Notes: a model not told the origin generated them from the sequence alone. Counted from the stretch's first letter, positions 1 to 14,570 are shown. The stretch: 49,180 nt of DNA from Octopus sinensis (GCF_006345805.1 NW_021834369.1:1-49180), one strand, 5' to 3'. Numbers and translations: made by a program.

Positions 1-95
1 TGTTGGAATGCGTGAGTTACAAGTAATACACACACACACACACACACAACATATTTATACGCATACATACACACACACATATATATATATTATAT

Positions 96-126
<31 letters not shown>

Positions 127-1484
127 TACATAATATTATTTATTGTTTTATAGAAAAATATTCTACACAGATTCATGTGATCAAGTGTGTGTGTGTGTGT
201 GTGTGTGTATGTATGCATCTGTGTGTGCGCATGTGCGTATGTGTGTGTGCATATGCGTTTGTGTGTGTGCGTCTGAGGCAAAGTGCGTGTGTGTGTATGT
301 TTCTTCCTGTGGGCGTGCATGTGTATGTGTGTGCGTGTGTGATAAAGTGTGTATATGTGTGTGTGATAAAGTGTGTATATGTGTGTGTGTGCGTGCATCT
401 GTGAGGGAAAGTGTGCGTGTGTGTATGTGCGTATGTGTGTGCGCGTTCGTGTGATCAAGTGTGTGTGTGAGAGAGAGAGAGTCTGTGAGGTTAAGTGCGT
501 CTGCGTGTATGTGCGTGCGTGTGTGTTTCTGTGTGTGTGTGTGTGACCAAGTGTGTGTGTGCGTGCGCGCGCGCTTGAATGGGGTTGTGTGCCTATGATG
601 GCTTTCAGTGTTTATCTGTTTGCGGATGTTTGCATTTTAAATGTTCGCGGACATTATGATCAATGTGGTTTCCACCATGACCACCATGTAGATTTACATA
701 TCGGTGAATACATCTTGAAATGTGTACTACCTTACTCCATACCCTACATTGCTGTAGGGTATGATAAGAGGGAGATTGGTTGTTCTTTCTAGCAAGTCAG
801 GTGGATTGACCACGTACAGGGACACTCACCATCATAGCTATTAGATCAATGCATTTACATATATATGTTTGCGGTGGCTTTTGAATATGTATCTGTGTGT
901 GTGTATGTGTGTGTGTATATGTGTGCGCGTGTGTGTATGTTTGACGGATTTATTCATATGTATGTGCCTGTACATATATGCAAAAGTGTTGGTGAGTGTG
1001 TATGTTGAAGTGCGTGAATGATTGCTTATGTGTTAATATTAATTTGCATGGCGGCACTGGCGTATGTTTATTTATATATACGTATACACTGGTGTTGTGT
1101 GTGTATATGTGTGTGTATGTGCGTGCATGCGTGTTGCATGTGTATGTGGATGTATATATGTGTGTATTATATATATATATCACGTGATCACGTGACCGAC
1201 CAGACCATCAGATGTTGTTACACATCGCTGGTCACAATGCGTTCGCATTGTTTTAGCCTTCGATTGACGCCACCCCGCTGGCTAAGCGAGCAGGCCAACA
1301 GAAGAAAGAATGGGAGAAAGTAGTGGTGAAAGAGTACAGCAGGGATCACCCCCCCCCCCTGCCGGAGCCTCGTGGAGCCTTTAGGTGTTTTCGCTCAATA
1401 AACACTCACAACGCCCGGTCTGGGAATCGAAACCGCGATCCTGCGACCGCGAGTCCGCTGCCCTAACCACTAGGCCATTGCGCA

Positions 1485-1521
<37 letters not shown>

Positions 1522-1534
1522 GCTCTCTTCTATA

Positions 1535-1615
<81 letters not shown>

Positions 1616-1887
1616 GTTATGTGTGTATGAATGCGTTCGGTTCCATATCGTCATCACACATACACACTACAAACACACATGCATATATGTATAGTCGCTG
1701 TCACGTATGCGTATGTTGGTCTCTATGCGTGCGTGCGTGTGCGTATATATGCACACACGCATACACACATGCATATATACATACACACATATATGTGTGT
1801 TCAAGCATGCACTTTCGCATACACATACGTATGTTCATCTACATCGGTTTTGCATTATTTATCTACACACACAAAACAACGACTACC

Positions 1888-1926
<39 letters not shown>

Positions 1927-1937
1927 GCACGCATACA

Positions 1938-1971
<34 letters not shown>

Positions 1972-2619
1972 CAACATAGAACTACACGCGCGCGCGCGTA
2001 TTTAAACAGCTAACGCCACCTACGCTCATCTGAACACCTACGCGTTACAACCATCTCACACATCTCGAGTCATCCTAAACACCATTGAAACAGATATGCA
2101 GCTTCTATTCACCATCTACACACCGCATGCCATATACATCTTCATATATACACATCGATCTACACACATACATACACACTGTTTACGCATCATATACACT
2201 CGTATCTTAACATACACGCCGTATGCCTTATACACTTGCACCATCTCACACATACACACAGACAGACACGCGCTCGCACCGACTCATGCACTTACAGGCT
2301 ATATACACTCGCATCTTAACATACGCATAAATCGATGCTCTCGTGCAGCTGCTATGCATCTTCTACGCACCTTCAACACCCGTTCGCATACAGAGGTATA
2401 CTTACTACATATGCGCACACATGTCATACATCACATACGTTCTGCATACCCGCTATACACACTGATACTTCGAAGTATACACACCCATACACACTCCCCT
2501 CATACCTATGCACCAGCTATACCCGTTCACATACGCAGCTATACTTCAACACACACACACACACACACACGCACATATATATGCACGCACACATATAAAT
2601 ATATACACACATATCTATC

Positions 2620-2678
<59 letters not shown>

Positions 2679-4450
2679 GTCTGTCCATACATACATCCAT
2701 ACACCAGATGGCGTACAAGTTACATACTATGTTATATACTATGTCTAAACATGTCATACGCTATGTTATACACTGTGGCTAAACACCATACGCATTTAAA
2801 ATTTTACACTCATATATCTACACATATACTTACACACCTGTATGTATCACCTAAACACTTTTTGAACACCTGTATAAAAACTCACACCTTCACATACGTA
2901 TATATCTTTACACACACATACACACGCTCGCATGTGCACCAACCCCTCCCTCAAACACACACACACACACACACCCTCACTCACACACATTTATACACAC
3001 ACGCACACACACACACACACACACACTCTTCATATAAATCTGCTTTGACAAATGCATATAGATTTGCAGTCTAGTACACATTCATACACATATATACGTT
3101 TATACACACACACACAAACACATACACACACACTCACTCACTAACACACACGCACGCAGACACACACACCTTCATACGAGTACACCTTCACAGGTACACA
3201 TTCTTTAATACACACGTTCACACATACGTACACGCACACACATTCACACACACTTATACACACGCACGTTCACACATACATATACCTTCATACACTAACA
3301 CACCTTCGTAAATATATACACCTGTATGCACAGACACACGAATGCACACGTATATCTCCACACAAATATCACGCACACACACACACACACACCTTTACAC
3401 ATGCGCACGCATTTCACACGCACAAACCTTCACATACCTTCGCACACAAACACACTCATACTGACAACACTGACACAGACTCACACTTGCATACACATAT
3501 ACGCCCATACACATACGTTCCTACATACACACATCTTCATCTTCATACACACTCCTACAAAGAGTATACATCTACCATCTTCCTCATGTTATCCTCAGGG
3601 AGAGAGAGAGAGGAAAAAAGAGAGAGGGAGGAAAAGAGAGAGAGAGAGGAACAGAGTGAGAGAGAGAAGAGGGAGGGAGAGAAAATCACAGAGAGAGAGA
3701 GAGAGAGAGAGAAAGGAAGAGGAAGAGAGAGAGAGAAGAGGGAGTGAGAGAGAGGAAGAGAGAGTGAGAGTGTAAGGCATATTCACACACACACACGCAC
3801 ACACACGCGCACACAAGCACACACCAGAAACAAAGAAATGGATCTCCGTCGATTTCGACGATAAGTAGTTCACTTGTTCAATCAACTATACACATTATGC
3901 ATACCTACACACCTTAACGTGCATATGCACGCACATAGATACACACACGCGCACACACATCCAGACGTGAGTACATACATACACACGCAGTCTTTAACTC
4001 AACGTGTAAGTAGACGAGTATTCCACAGACACAGGTATCCTTAATAATGGTCCTCAGGTAAACGCAGTGTGAGTGTGTGTATGAATATGTGTGTGTGTGA
4101 GTATGCGTGTGTGTGTGTATGTGTGTGTATGTGTGTGTGATAGAGGAGGGGCTTCTACTAACATGTTCAATCCCTTTTAAGTAGGGCTTTCATATGACTT
4201 CCGTTCCCCTTATTTCACTCGACACCGAAATTAATCTTTTATCTCTTTGCTTGTTTCAGTCATTCATTGCACTGTGGCCATGTTGGAGCACCACCTTGAA
4301 AAATTTTAGTCGACCAAATCTAACCAAGTACCCATTTTCAAAATTCGATTAGTCTTTTTTGTCGAACTGCTAGGTGACGAGAACGTAAAAATCATCGACA
4401 CAGCTTTGTCAAGTGGTGGTGAAGTACAAACGCAAAACCACACACACATA

Positions 4451-4512
<62 letters not shown>

Positions 4513-4565
4513 ATATGAGCATGTATATATACATATATACATATTTATGTATATGTTTTATATAT

Positions 4566-4611
<46 letters not shown>

Positions 4612-5625
4612 GTATGTATATACATCGGCCTATCTATCTATCTACCTATGACATGCATCTTTCATCTTCCTTCTACCAAATCCACTCACAAGGTGTTAAT
4701 CAGCCGGAGGCTTGTTGTATGCGACACCCTCCCAAGCAATCACACAGTGGAACTGAACCCGGAAGCAAGTGACCAGGAAGCAAGCATCTTACGACACAGC
4801 CGCACCTGTTAAGGTAAAAACAAAAAAACAACAAAGATATGAGTCCAAGATGTCATGCAATGGAATCGATCTTGAATCCTTGCGAAACAACGTGACAGAC
4901 AAATTGACAGAAACACTTAAATAAATAAATAAATAAATAAAAAACACAGACACCTTCATATGCACACCTGTGTACACGCATATATAAAACTTCCAAAACA
5001 CACATACACACACATACACACACACAAGCACACACATATTTTCATATAGCTACACACTGTACACATAAGTACACACTTTTACACACGCATTATATATACA
5101 CACGTACCTAAACACAACCGAATACATCCTACGCACTTTCACACCTACATACAGAAATACTTACCTGTGAACACACCTACACGCCCACGTACGCATACCA
5201 ACACATACATACACACCGAAGCTTACAGAACCTTCTTCATATAACCACACACGCACACACACACACACAACACACACTTACACATATGCATACACATATA
5301 ATTTTCATGTCTACACACACGTCCTACCCACACTAAGCACGTGCTCGTGCGTACACGCCCACACGGCTCCATTGAAGCGCTCACTATCATACAACACTAC
5401 ATACACATACACACACTCAAACACACATACACGTACATGGAGACACACATACACTTTCGTAGAGTCACATGCAGATACACACGCATACAGTTTCACGCCT
5501 ACACGTTCACACACACACGCACATATGTACATATACAACGACACATCTTCGCACACATTCTAAGCCGCTCAACCTACGCACTTACACCTGAACACATACA
5601 TCCACAGGTACATATAAAACCATAG

Positions 5626-5675
<50 letters not shown>

Positions 5676-5930
5676 GCACACACAACCTACGCACTAACAC
5701 ACTAATACATATAGTCACAGAAGCACACCTTTTCGTGTACATACGCACACGCCTCACACACTATCTCTAATACACAAACGCACTAACATACTATCTCTCA
5801 CAAATGCATATATACATACATACATACAGCATACACACGTACATATACACACACACCTACACATATAGAGCCATTCATGAACTCGCTTTCATATACATAC
5901 ACACGCACACATTCACACCTACGCGAGCCA
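1..5930. repeat. Compound microsatellite / cryptic (CA)-(TG)-rich low-complexity domain
   Basis: Runs of (CA)n, (TG)n, (TA)n, (TCTA)n at about 2610-2680 and (GA)n at 3600-3775, separated by degenerate CA-rich sequence. Confidence 0.95.
1181..1484 (-). mobile_element. SINE with family C head and an alternative 3' tail
   Basis: Head and body match family C. Tail (..ggtctggtcggtcacgtgatcacgtg-(ta)n) is unrelated to the 9175 copy. Confidence 0.85.
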
Positions 5931-6245
5931 GTGCGTGGGTATTTACGTGGTCAGTGGAATTTTCAGAAATAGCAGCCAAGTCTTCTTCGAATCACACTCG
6001 CTGGCACGTTGCAAAGGGAGGATCGAACTGGGTGATGTCGTCCTCAATAAACAATACTGGTGGGGATGGGGTGGGGAGAATGGGTTGGTCATGGCCAGAA
6101 TGCCTTCGACAATTGGCTTTGACTGACGAGGACGACTTGGGGGTGGGTGGGGTTAAGCAACCACCACCACCACCATCACCACCACCACTAAAACGACAAC
6201 CATCATCATCATCATCATCACCATCATCATCAGCTGCAGCAGCAA

Positions 6246-6544
6246 GTGGAGGTGCAATGGCCCAGTGGTTAAGGCAGCGGACTCGCGGTTTCGATTCCCA
6301 GACCGGGCGTTGTGTGTGTTTATTGAGAAAAAACACCTAAAGCTCCACGAGGCTCCGGCAGGGGGTGGTGACGACCCCTGTTGTACTCTTTCGCTCCAAC
6401 TTTCTCTCACTCTTTCTTCTTGTTTCTTGTCTCCGACTTCCTACGCAACCGCTGAGACCGGATGCGCATTCATCCATCCGTCGATGCTCTCGGTGTCGGG
6501 AGTTGACCTGCTTTCTCTTTTGCGGGTCTTACGAATAACAAAAG
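6246..6544 (+). mobile_element. SINE with family C head and another alternative tail
   Basis: Matches family C up to ..caactttctctcactct. It then diverges (..gggagttgacctgctttc..cttacgaataacaaaag). Confidence 0.85.
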
Positions 6545-7351
6545 AACCACGAATCGGACTTCTCCCATTGCGAGCTCTGGGACGAAGACCGCTTCACTCA
6601 ACAGCAGCAGCAGTATCACCACCACCACCACCACCACCACACAACTACAATCTCAACCACATGAACGATAAATATTTGGACAGATTTGACATAGTGTGTA
6701 ATAAGATTGTACCCTTTGTATTACAGGTACAATCGATCAGATGGATTCCATACAGTTTCCATCTATCCAGATAGCGTTTGAGTTCCAGTCGCGCCAGAGT
6801 TGATATCGTCGTTTATCTTTCATTCTTTCGAGGTCGATAAATTAAGTACCAGTTACACACAAGGGTCAATGTAATTGACTAGTCCCCTCCCCCCAAATTT
6901 CAGGTCTTGTGCTTCAGTAGAAAGGATTATTATAAAAGGGCAGTGCATTGACAATTGTTAGTGTTGGACAATACTTGGCGTTATTTGCTTTGGTTCTTTA
7001 CATTCTGAGTTCTAATCCCGCCGAGATCGACTTTGGCTATCAATCGATGTTTATAAAATAAAGTACCGGCCAAGTACTTCTATCGAAGGCATCAACTAAA
7101 CCCCTTTTCTCAATTTCAGGTCTAGATGTTATTAAGAGTGGCGGCTTGGGAGAATCGTTAGAGCATCGGGGGAAATTCTCTGCAGCATTTAGGCTGGCCC
7201 TTTACGCTCTGTGTTCAAACCCCGCCTACGTCAACTTTGTCTTTCAGCCTTTCGGTGAGAAAACCTACAGATTAGGGCTGTTCCTTTAACCCCAAATTTC
7301 AGGCCTCTTGTCTACGCCAGAGCAGTAATTATATATATATATATATATATA

Positions 7352-7742
7352 TTGATTGCCCACAAGGGGCTAAACATAGAGGGGACAAACAAGGACAGAC
7401 AAAGGGATTAAGTCGATTACATCGACCCCAGTATGTAAATGGTTCTTAATTTATCGAGCCCGAAAGGAAAAAAAGGTAAAGTCGACCTCGGCGGAATTTG
7501 AACTCAGAACGTAACGGTAGATGAAATAACCTATTTCTTTACTACCCACAAGGGGCTAAACACAGAAGGGACAAACATGGACAGACAAACGGATTAATTC
7601 GATTATATTGACCCCAGTGCGTAACTGGTACTTATTTAATTGACCCCGAAAGGATGAAAGGCAAAGTCGACCTCGGCGGAATTTGAACTCAGAACGTAAC
7701 GGCAGACGAAATACGGCTAAGCATTTCTGCCAGCTCGCCGCC
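7352..7742 (-). mobile_element. SINE family A dimer
   Basis: Same architecture, junction near 7532. Confidence 0.88.
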
Positions 7743-8454
7743 TTATTATAACTGAGTTCAAATCCTGTCGAGGCCAACTTTACTATTCGTTCCCTCGGGG
7801 TCCATAAAATAAAGTGTCAATCAAACACTAAGGTCAGTATACTCGACTAACCTCTTCCCCGCAACTCTGAAGTCTTGTATCTATTTTAGAAACAATTATA
7901 GAATAGCAAATGAATGGCAAAATCAGTAGAGCACCGGTTCTATAAAATGCGTTGACGTATCTTTTATTTTTTACTTCATTCAGTCATAGGACTGTGGTCA
8001 TGCTGGAGCACATCCTTGAAGGGTCTGGTCGAAAATCGACCTCAGTAGTTATTTTTGAGCCTTGTTCTATCTGTTTCTCTATCTAACTCTCTGTTACAGA
8101 GTGCAAACAAACCAGCACCGGTTGTCAGGCGGTGGTGGATTACAGACACAAACACATATGACGGGCTTCTTTCAGATTCTGTCCACCGAGTCTACTAATA
8201 AAACTTTGGTCACTTCGGGGGTTATTGTAGAAAACACTTGTCCATAGTGAAGCGCAGTGGGGCTGAACCCAAGACCACACGGTCGGGAATTAAGCCTCTT
8301 AACCACCCAGCCATGCTTACACCTATATGAGTGCATTTTGATTTCGATTTCTGCCATTGTCAAATCTTCCCTTTATCCTTGATACTCTACGCTGGTGCAT
8401 TGTGGAGGGGGTTTGTTCCTCCGAGATCGATGCTATAAGTATCAGTTATAAATT

Positions 8455-8586
8455 GGTAGCAAGGGCATCCAGCCGTTAAAACCATGCAGCATGGTGCACT
8501 CTTCTGCCTTGCCAGCTCCTGTCAAACCGTCCAACCCATGCCAGCATGGATAGCGGACGTATGAAGATGATGATGATGATGATGAT
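8455..8586 (+). mobile_element. SINE/LINE 3' tail fragment ending in (GAT)n
   Basis: aagggcatccagccgttaaaacc..aacccatgccagcatgga..cggacgt-(gat)n. Same tail microsatellite as the RTE fragment at 21805-19. Confidence 0.6.
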
Positions 8587-8629
8587 TTCCTACTGTATGC
8601 GGTTAGTTGTTTATTCTTGACCCTCAGTT

Positions 8630-8686
<57 letters not shown>

Positions 8687-8709
8687 CGAGGAGTATTTGT
8701 AGTAGTTGC

Positions 8710-8767
<58 letters not shown>

Positions 8768-8870
8768 TTGGTGATGCTGGCAGTAGTTATTGTATTGTTT
8801 ATAACAAGACGAAGTAACGGTAGTAGTACTAATAGTATTTACTGCTGTAGTTATGTTAGTAGTAGCAGCC
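8630..8870. repeat. (AGC)n/(AGT)n trinucleotide microsatellite
   Basis: Direct reading. Confidence 0.95.
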
Positions 8871-8899
8871 CCTATTAACTACAGCATGACAACGAGGAC

Positions 8900-9135
8900 G
8901 GCTACACGTGGTCGTTCGAACCGTTAGAAATAGCAGCTAAATGTCTCTCAAATAACACCTAGCCATCTTAAAATTACATTTATAAACGATCAAGTCGAGC
9001 AATGCGGTGCTGGTTCCCTTGAAAACAGTCGATGGTCACGGATGGAATAGCTTTGTTCATAGTTTTGCGTGCACTAAAAGGGTTGACTAGCGCTAAACAG
9101 CAACATCGGCAATAAAAAGAACAGCAGCAACAATA
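8900..9135 (+). mobile_element. Old interspersed repeat family F (ends in (AAC)n)
   Basis: Motifs tagaaatagcagc..., atggtcacgg.tggaa..ctttg and ggctaaacaacaac recur at about 5940-6110, 16500-16590, 20600-20800, 27830-28050, 42455-42680 and 42825-42915. Confidence 0.6.
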
Positions 9136-9174
9136 ATATTAATAATGGTTTCATATTTTGGCACAAGGCCAGAA

Positions 9175-9566
9175 GTGGAGGCGCAATGGCCCAGTGGTTA
9201 GGGCAGCGGACTCGCGGTCTTAGGATCGCGGTTTCGATTCCCAGACCGGGTGTTGTGAGTGTTTATTGAGCGAAAACACCTAAAGCTCCACGAGGCTCCG
9301 GCAGGGGATAGTGGTGATCCCTGCTGTACTCTTTCACCACAACTTTCTCTCACTCTTACTTCCTGTTTCTGTTGTACCTGTATTTCAAAGGGCCGGCCTT
9401 GTCACTCTCTGTGTCACGCTGAATATCCCCGAGAACTACGTTAAGGGTACACGTGTCTGTGGAGTGCTCAGCCACTTACACGTTAATTTCACGAGCAGGC
9501 TGTTCCGTTGATTCGGATCAACCGGAACCCTCGTCGTCGTAACCGACGGAGTGCTTCCATCCATTC
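9175..9566 (+). mobile_element. SINE family C (tRNA-Arg-like head) with 13-bp TSD
   Basis: Head GTGGAGGCGCAATGGCCCAGTGGTTAGGGCAGCGGACTCGCG..GGTTTCGATTCCC. TSD CACAAGGCCAGAA at 9162-74 and 9567-79. Inserted into a reverse family-A-like copy. Confidence 0.93.
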
Positions 9567-10700
9567 CACAAGGCCAGAAATTTTGGTGGAGAAGTAAGTC
9601 GATTACATCAACCCCAGTGTTCAACTGGTACTTATTTTATCGATGCACGAAGGGATGAAAGGCGCAGTCGATCTCGGTGAAGACGGACGAAATTCCGCTA
9701 AGCATTTTACCCGGCGTGCTAACAATTCTGCCAGCCAGCTCGCCACCTTTAATAATAATGATGATAATAATAATTGATTTTACTAAAGGCACAAGACCTA
9801 AAATTTTGAGGAAGGGGATTTAGTCGATTACATTGACCTCAGTGTTTCACTGGTATTTAATTCATCGAACCCAAAAGGATGAAAAACAAAGTCGACCTCG
9901 GCGGATTTTGAACTCAGAACGTAAAGATAGACGAAATACAGCTAAGCATTTTGCCCGGCGCGCTAACGATTCTGCCAGCTCGGCGTCTTTAACATTAATA
10001 AACCTTTCCAATTTTGGCACAAGGCTAGCAATTTTATTGGGGAGGGTGAAGGGGGTTATATCTACCCTAGTACCCAACTGGTATCCCTTCCAAGGATTTA
10101 TGAAATATCAGTTAAGAACTGAAGGCTGTAAAATTGCCAACAAGATTTTATTAAAAATTCTCTTTACTATAAGTGCAAGCATGGGGATTTTTGGTGAGTG
10201 GGTAGGTCGATTACATCGACTCCAGTGTTCATTTTATCGACCCCGAAAGGGATGAAAGATAAAGTCGACCTCGGCAGAATTTGAACGTGAAAAGCCGAAA
10301 GGAATACCGCTAGCCGCTAAGCATTTTGCCCGACGCGCGAACGATTCAGCCTGAATGTCGTCACCTTTAAAAACACTTTCTCCTGTTGGTATAGAGCCTG
10401 AGATTTTTGTGGAGGGGTTTAGTCGATTACATCAACTTCAGAGCCTGACTGGTTCTTATTTTATCGAACCAGAAAGGACGAAATTCAAAGTCGACTTCGG
10501 TGGGATTTGAACTCAGAATGTAAATAACTGGAAGAAACCCCGTCAAGAAACTCCGGATTGGATACTACTGCGTGGCAGGAAAATGCCTTGGCAGAATCGC
10601 GAGAGCGTCAAACAATTTCTTAACATATTTAAATTTCCTCTTTTTTCGTGAGGGTGTCTTCAAGTTGATACAGTCCAGTACTGCCTTCCCTTGTCTCCAG

Positions 10701-10740
10701 CAGCGGGCGTTCTGAAAAATTCTTCCGAGACTGTGGGAAG
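10701..10740 (+). other. Candidate 40-nt exon (unverified)
   Basis: ctgccttcccttgtctccag| acceptor and AAG|GTGAGA donor. Two open frames (SGRSEKFFRDCGK or AGVLKNSSETVG). Confidence 0.2.
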
Positions 10741-11822
10741 GTGAGAAGAAAGTAACATAAAACCAGAAGCCTAATCCCTCAGCTTGCAACAGAGTTGGTT
10801 CTTTTAAAGTCCCTCAAGGTGACAAGTGACGGTGCTAAACTTAGCTTCAGATAAAATCTATCACCCAAATCGACCACGCTCAGATCTGAGCTCAGGTCAT
10901 AAAGAGTTCTATCTGAGGCTCTAATGATGTCACCAGTCCACTGTCCAAGACTGATACTTTGTTTATCGACCCCCGAATGGATGAAAAGCAAAAGTTAACA
11001 TCAGCCGAACTTGAATTCATAACGGAAGGAGCTGGAATAAACCCCACAAAACATTCCGTCCGACGCTCTAACGTGTTTGCCAATTTTCCGCTTACAGTTA
11101 CAATGCTTTGCCTTCTGAGCTCGAATTTCATTAAGGTCAGTTCCAGATTTCCTCTTTCGGGGGTCTAAAACTTAAATTAAAAATCAAATGCCGGATCGAT
11201 AGTATGAACTTTTTCCCTCACCCCACCAAATTTCTGGCCCTGTGCTTTTGTAAGCAGCCATAATAAAGAATGACGAAGGTGTGGAAGCCAAAGGATCGTC
11301 ATGCAGCATTCGTTTATGATCTTTGACATTCCACTTTCAAAATCCATCATGGCCAATTTTAACCTTCCAGGTATTTAAGAAATATTTACCTGTTAAGTAC
11401 TGGAGGTTGTAAAATTGGCAACATTCCAGGAGGTTATTAAAATCTTTCTACTATAGGCACAAGTCCTGGGATCTTGGGTGAGTGAATTACATCGATTCCA
11501 ATGCTCAGCCATCACTTATTTTATCGATACCGAAAGGGATGGAAAGTAAAGTCGACCTTGGCGGAATTTGAACGTGAAGAGCTGGTAGAAATGCCAATAA
11601 GCGTTTTGGCTGAGAAGCTAAGGATTCTGCCAGAATGTCACCTTTTAGAATAATCCTTTTTACTGTCGATATTGAGCCTGAGATTTGTGGGGTGAGGCTA
11701 TCGACTTCATCGACTTTAATGCTTGATTGGTACTTTTGGTACATGCTTTATCGAATCCTAAAGGAATAGTCGACCTCAGCAGAAATTGAACTCAGAATGA
11801 GTTCAATTTCAGAGCGAGTTAT

Positions 11823-12240
11823 GGCGGCGAGCTGGCAGAAACGTTAGCACGCCGGGAGAAATGCTTTGCGGTATTTCGTCTGCCGTTACGTTCTGAGTTC
11901 AAATTCCGCCGAGGTCGACTTTGCCTTTCATCCTTTCGGGGTCGATTAAATAAGTAACAGTTACGCACTGGGGTCGATATAATCGACTTAATCCGTTTAT
12001 CTGTTCTTGTTTGTCCCCTCTATGTTTATCCCCTTGTGGGTAGTAAAGAAATAGGTATTCCGTCTGTCGCTACGTTCTGAGTTCAAATTCCGCCGAGGTC
12101 GACTTTGCCTTTCATCTTTTCGGGGTCGATTAAGTAAGTACCAGTTACGCACTGGGGGTCATTATAATCAACTTAATCCGTTTGTCTGTCATTGATTGTC
12201 CCCTCTGTGTGTAGCCCCTTGTGGGCAATAAAGAAATAAG
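11823..12240 (+). mobile_element. SINE family A, head plus duplicated 3' module
   Basis: One head. The ~185-bp module starting ggtatt(t)cgtc is repeated, with the junction near 12053. Confidence 0.9.
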
Positions 12241-12636
12241 AAATTGAAGCCAGAACGTAAAGCCGGTGGAAATGCCACTAAGCATTTTTGTCCGACGTGC
12301 TGACGATTCTGTTAGTTCGCCTCCTTGGAAGTTTATTAAACTGACAACATCTAAAATTCGTTGTTTCATTCTAGTGTAAGCAATCATCTAACAGAATTGG
12401 TAGAGCGTCTGAGAAAATGCGTCCTTTTGCACTTCGAGTTCAAATCCCACCGGCCTCAGTTCTGTGTTTTATTCGTACGGAATCGGTAAAATAAACATTT
12501 CATCGACACCCGAAAGGATGAAGGGTAACGTTGGCCTCGGTGAGATTTTAAAAGCTGGAAAAAGCATCACTAAGGTTTTTTTTTGTGAGACGTTTTAACA
12601 AATCTACGAGCTCGCCGTTTTACTCCTTCGTGAAAA

Positions 12637-12939
12637 TTGTTTGTTCCTTCTCGAGCCATCCCTGGCTCATAAGGGCCGGTTTCCCGGTTTCCTTGGCGTA
12701 TAGGTTCCCCACCTGGACGGGACGCCAGTCATCGCAGGTGGGCTGCAAGATGCAGGAGGAAAAGGTGAGAGAAAGTTGTGACGAAAGTGTCAGCAGGAGT
12801 TCGCCATTACCGTCTGCCGGAGCCGCGTGGAGCTTAGGTGTTACGCTCATAAACACACACATCGCCCGGTCTGAGATTCGGACCCGTAATCCTTCGACTG
12901 CGAGTCCGCTGCTCTAACCACTAGGCCATGTGTCTCCAC
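12637..12939 (-). mobile_element. SINE with family C-like head and a third alternative tail
   Basis: Head gtggagacacatggcctagtggttagagcagcggactcgc. Tail cctgcgatgactggcgtcccgtccagg..gaaaccggcccttatgagcc..ggctcgagaaggaac. A head-only duplicate lies at about 13045-13139. Confidence 0.85.
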
Positions 12940-13767
12940 CTTCACCTCAGATAACGTCATACTATCTCAATATATACTGCTGTAATGACCTATCTCCCTC
13001 ATTTTATACCTCCATCGTAGATGGGTAGATTTGCTAGTAACATTAATCACAAACACACGCATCGCCCGGTCTGAGATTCGAACCCGCAATATCTCGACCG
13101 CGAGTCCACTGCTCTAACCGCCAGGCCATGTGCCTCCACTTCATCAAAATAATACAGTTTAAAATCATAATGAAAAATGGAGAAAATGGAAAAGAATAAG
13201 CCGAAGCTGAAATAAAGGGATGGGTACCATTTGTTTACTTTTAGCTCAGTAAAAATTCACATAATACAGACATAAAATATGAACAACACTATGTATTTTA
13301 GCTACATTGGTATTCACTTTCCTGCTGCCCTACAAGAGTAGAAGAAGCAGGAAAATTAATACACGTCATTAAATACATAATTTATTAATCTTTTTTCTCA
13401 AGGGTACCATTCTCTTTGGTTTAGCCTAAACCTATTCAATTAAACTTTTAACAAACTGAAAAATTTCGAAAACTTAATCCTTTTGTTACTATATTTCTCT
13501 TGAAATACACTGCCTGCATTTCAATTAATTTTGATAATAATGAAGAATTCATTAAAATAATATTGTTGTTAATCAGTTGGTGTTTTGAATATGAATTAAC
13601 ATGAATCTGTAATGGAAGTTTTAAATTTAAATCATTCTAAAACAGGAACTTGGTATCATCAAACTAGAGGTGGTCTCTGCTGGGTGGTACCAATAGTTGA
13701 CCAATAGGATTGTTTTCACTTATGATTAGTTAGTAGTGATTAGTCAGTAGATGGTAGTGGGGATTAA

Positions 13768-14183
13768 GGCGGCGAGCTGGCAGAATCGTTAACACGCCGG
13801 GCGAAATGCGTAGCCGTATTTCGTCTGCTCGTTACGTTCTGAGTTCAAATTCCGCCGAGGTCAGCTTTGCCTTTCATCCTTTCGGGGTCGATAAATTAAG
13901 TACCAGTTACGCACTGAGGTCGATGCAATCGACTTAATCCGTTTATCTGTCCTTGTTTGTCCTCCCTGTGTTTAGTCCCTTGTGGGTAGTAAAGAAATAG
14001 GTATTTCGTCCGCCGCTACGTTCTGAGTTCAAATTCCGCCGAGGTCGACTTTGCTTTCATCCTTTCGGGGTCGATTAAATAAGTACCAGTTACGCACAGG
14101 GGTCGATATAATCAACTTAATCCGTTTGTCTATCCTTGTTTATGCCCTCTATATTTAGCCTCTTGTGGGCAATAAAGAAATAA
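13768..14183 (+). mobile_element. SINE family A dimer
   Basis: Junction near 13999. Imperfect TSD agatggtag(ag)tggggatt on both sides. Confidence 0.9.
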
Positions 14184-14570
14184 GATGGTAGAGTGGGGAT
14201 TTAAAAGGCGGGAGGGAACTATGTCACACTCTCCTCTCCGTACCATCCATACTGCAAAGAAGAACAATGCTTTGAAATCTTGGCACAAGGCCAGAAATTT
14301 CGGGGGAGGTGGTACTTCGATAACTTCGACCTCAGTACTCAACTGGTACTTATTTTATTGATCCTGAAAGGATGAATTGCAAAATCAACCTTTTCGGAAT
14401 TTGAAGTCAGAAGCTAAAGACAGACGAAATGCCGCTAAGCGTTTTTCCCGGCATACCAACGATTCTGCTAGCTCGCCGCCTTGGAAACAAAGAAGAATAT
14501 TTGCAAACTTTAGGCTTTATTGAATCCTATTTCAAATAACCATTGAGCAAAATTTTAATCTTTCTACTAT

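Noticed and set aside
553-792. VGY(G/D) peptides on both strands suggesting a K+ channel pore loop
   Set aside because: They arise from the 738-763 palindrome. There is no TxxTVGYG context, no flanking TM helices and no convincing splice sites.
4820-4925. Short frame MSCNGIDLESLRNNVTDKLTETLK*
   Set aside because: Only 24 codons, no splice support and no recognisable homology.
126-5757. Many ORF-track entries rich in HT/CV/YI/RE repeats (also at 16.7, 23.1, 28.2, 29.2-29.9, 32.1-33.0, 40.5 and 48.5-49.0 kb)
   Set aside because: They are translations of (CA)n, (TG)n, (TA)n, (GA)n and (TATG)n microsatellites, which lack stops in some frames.
5804-6774. Long ORFs with poly-P/S/D tracts
   Set aside because: Composed of family F repeat, (CCA)n/(CAT)n microsatellites and a family C SINE.
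9175-9250. tRNA-like sequences (A/B boxes) at SINE 5' ends
   Set aside because: They continue into SINE bodies with tails and TSDs and lack a complete cloverleaf, so they are not tRNA genes.
10779-11168. Protein-like ORFs (GQWTGDIIRASDRTLYDLSSDL...)
   Set aside because: The nucleotide sequence aligns by eye to diverged family A SINE copies.
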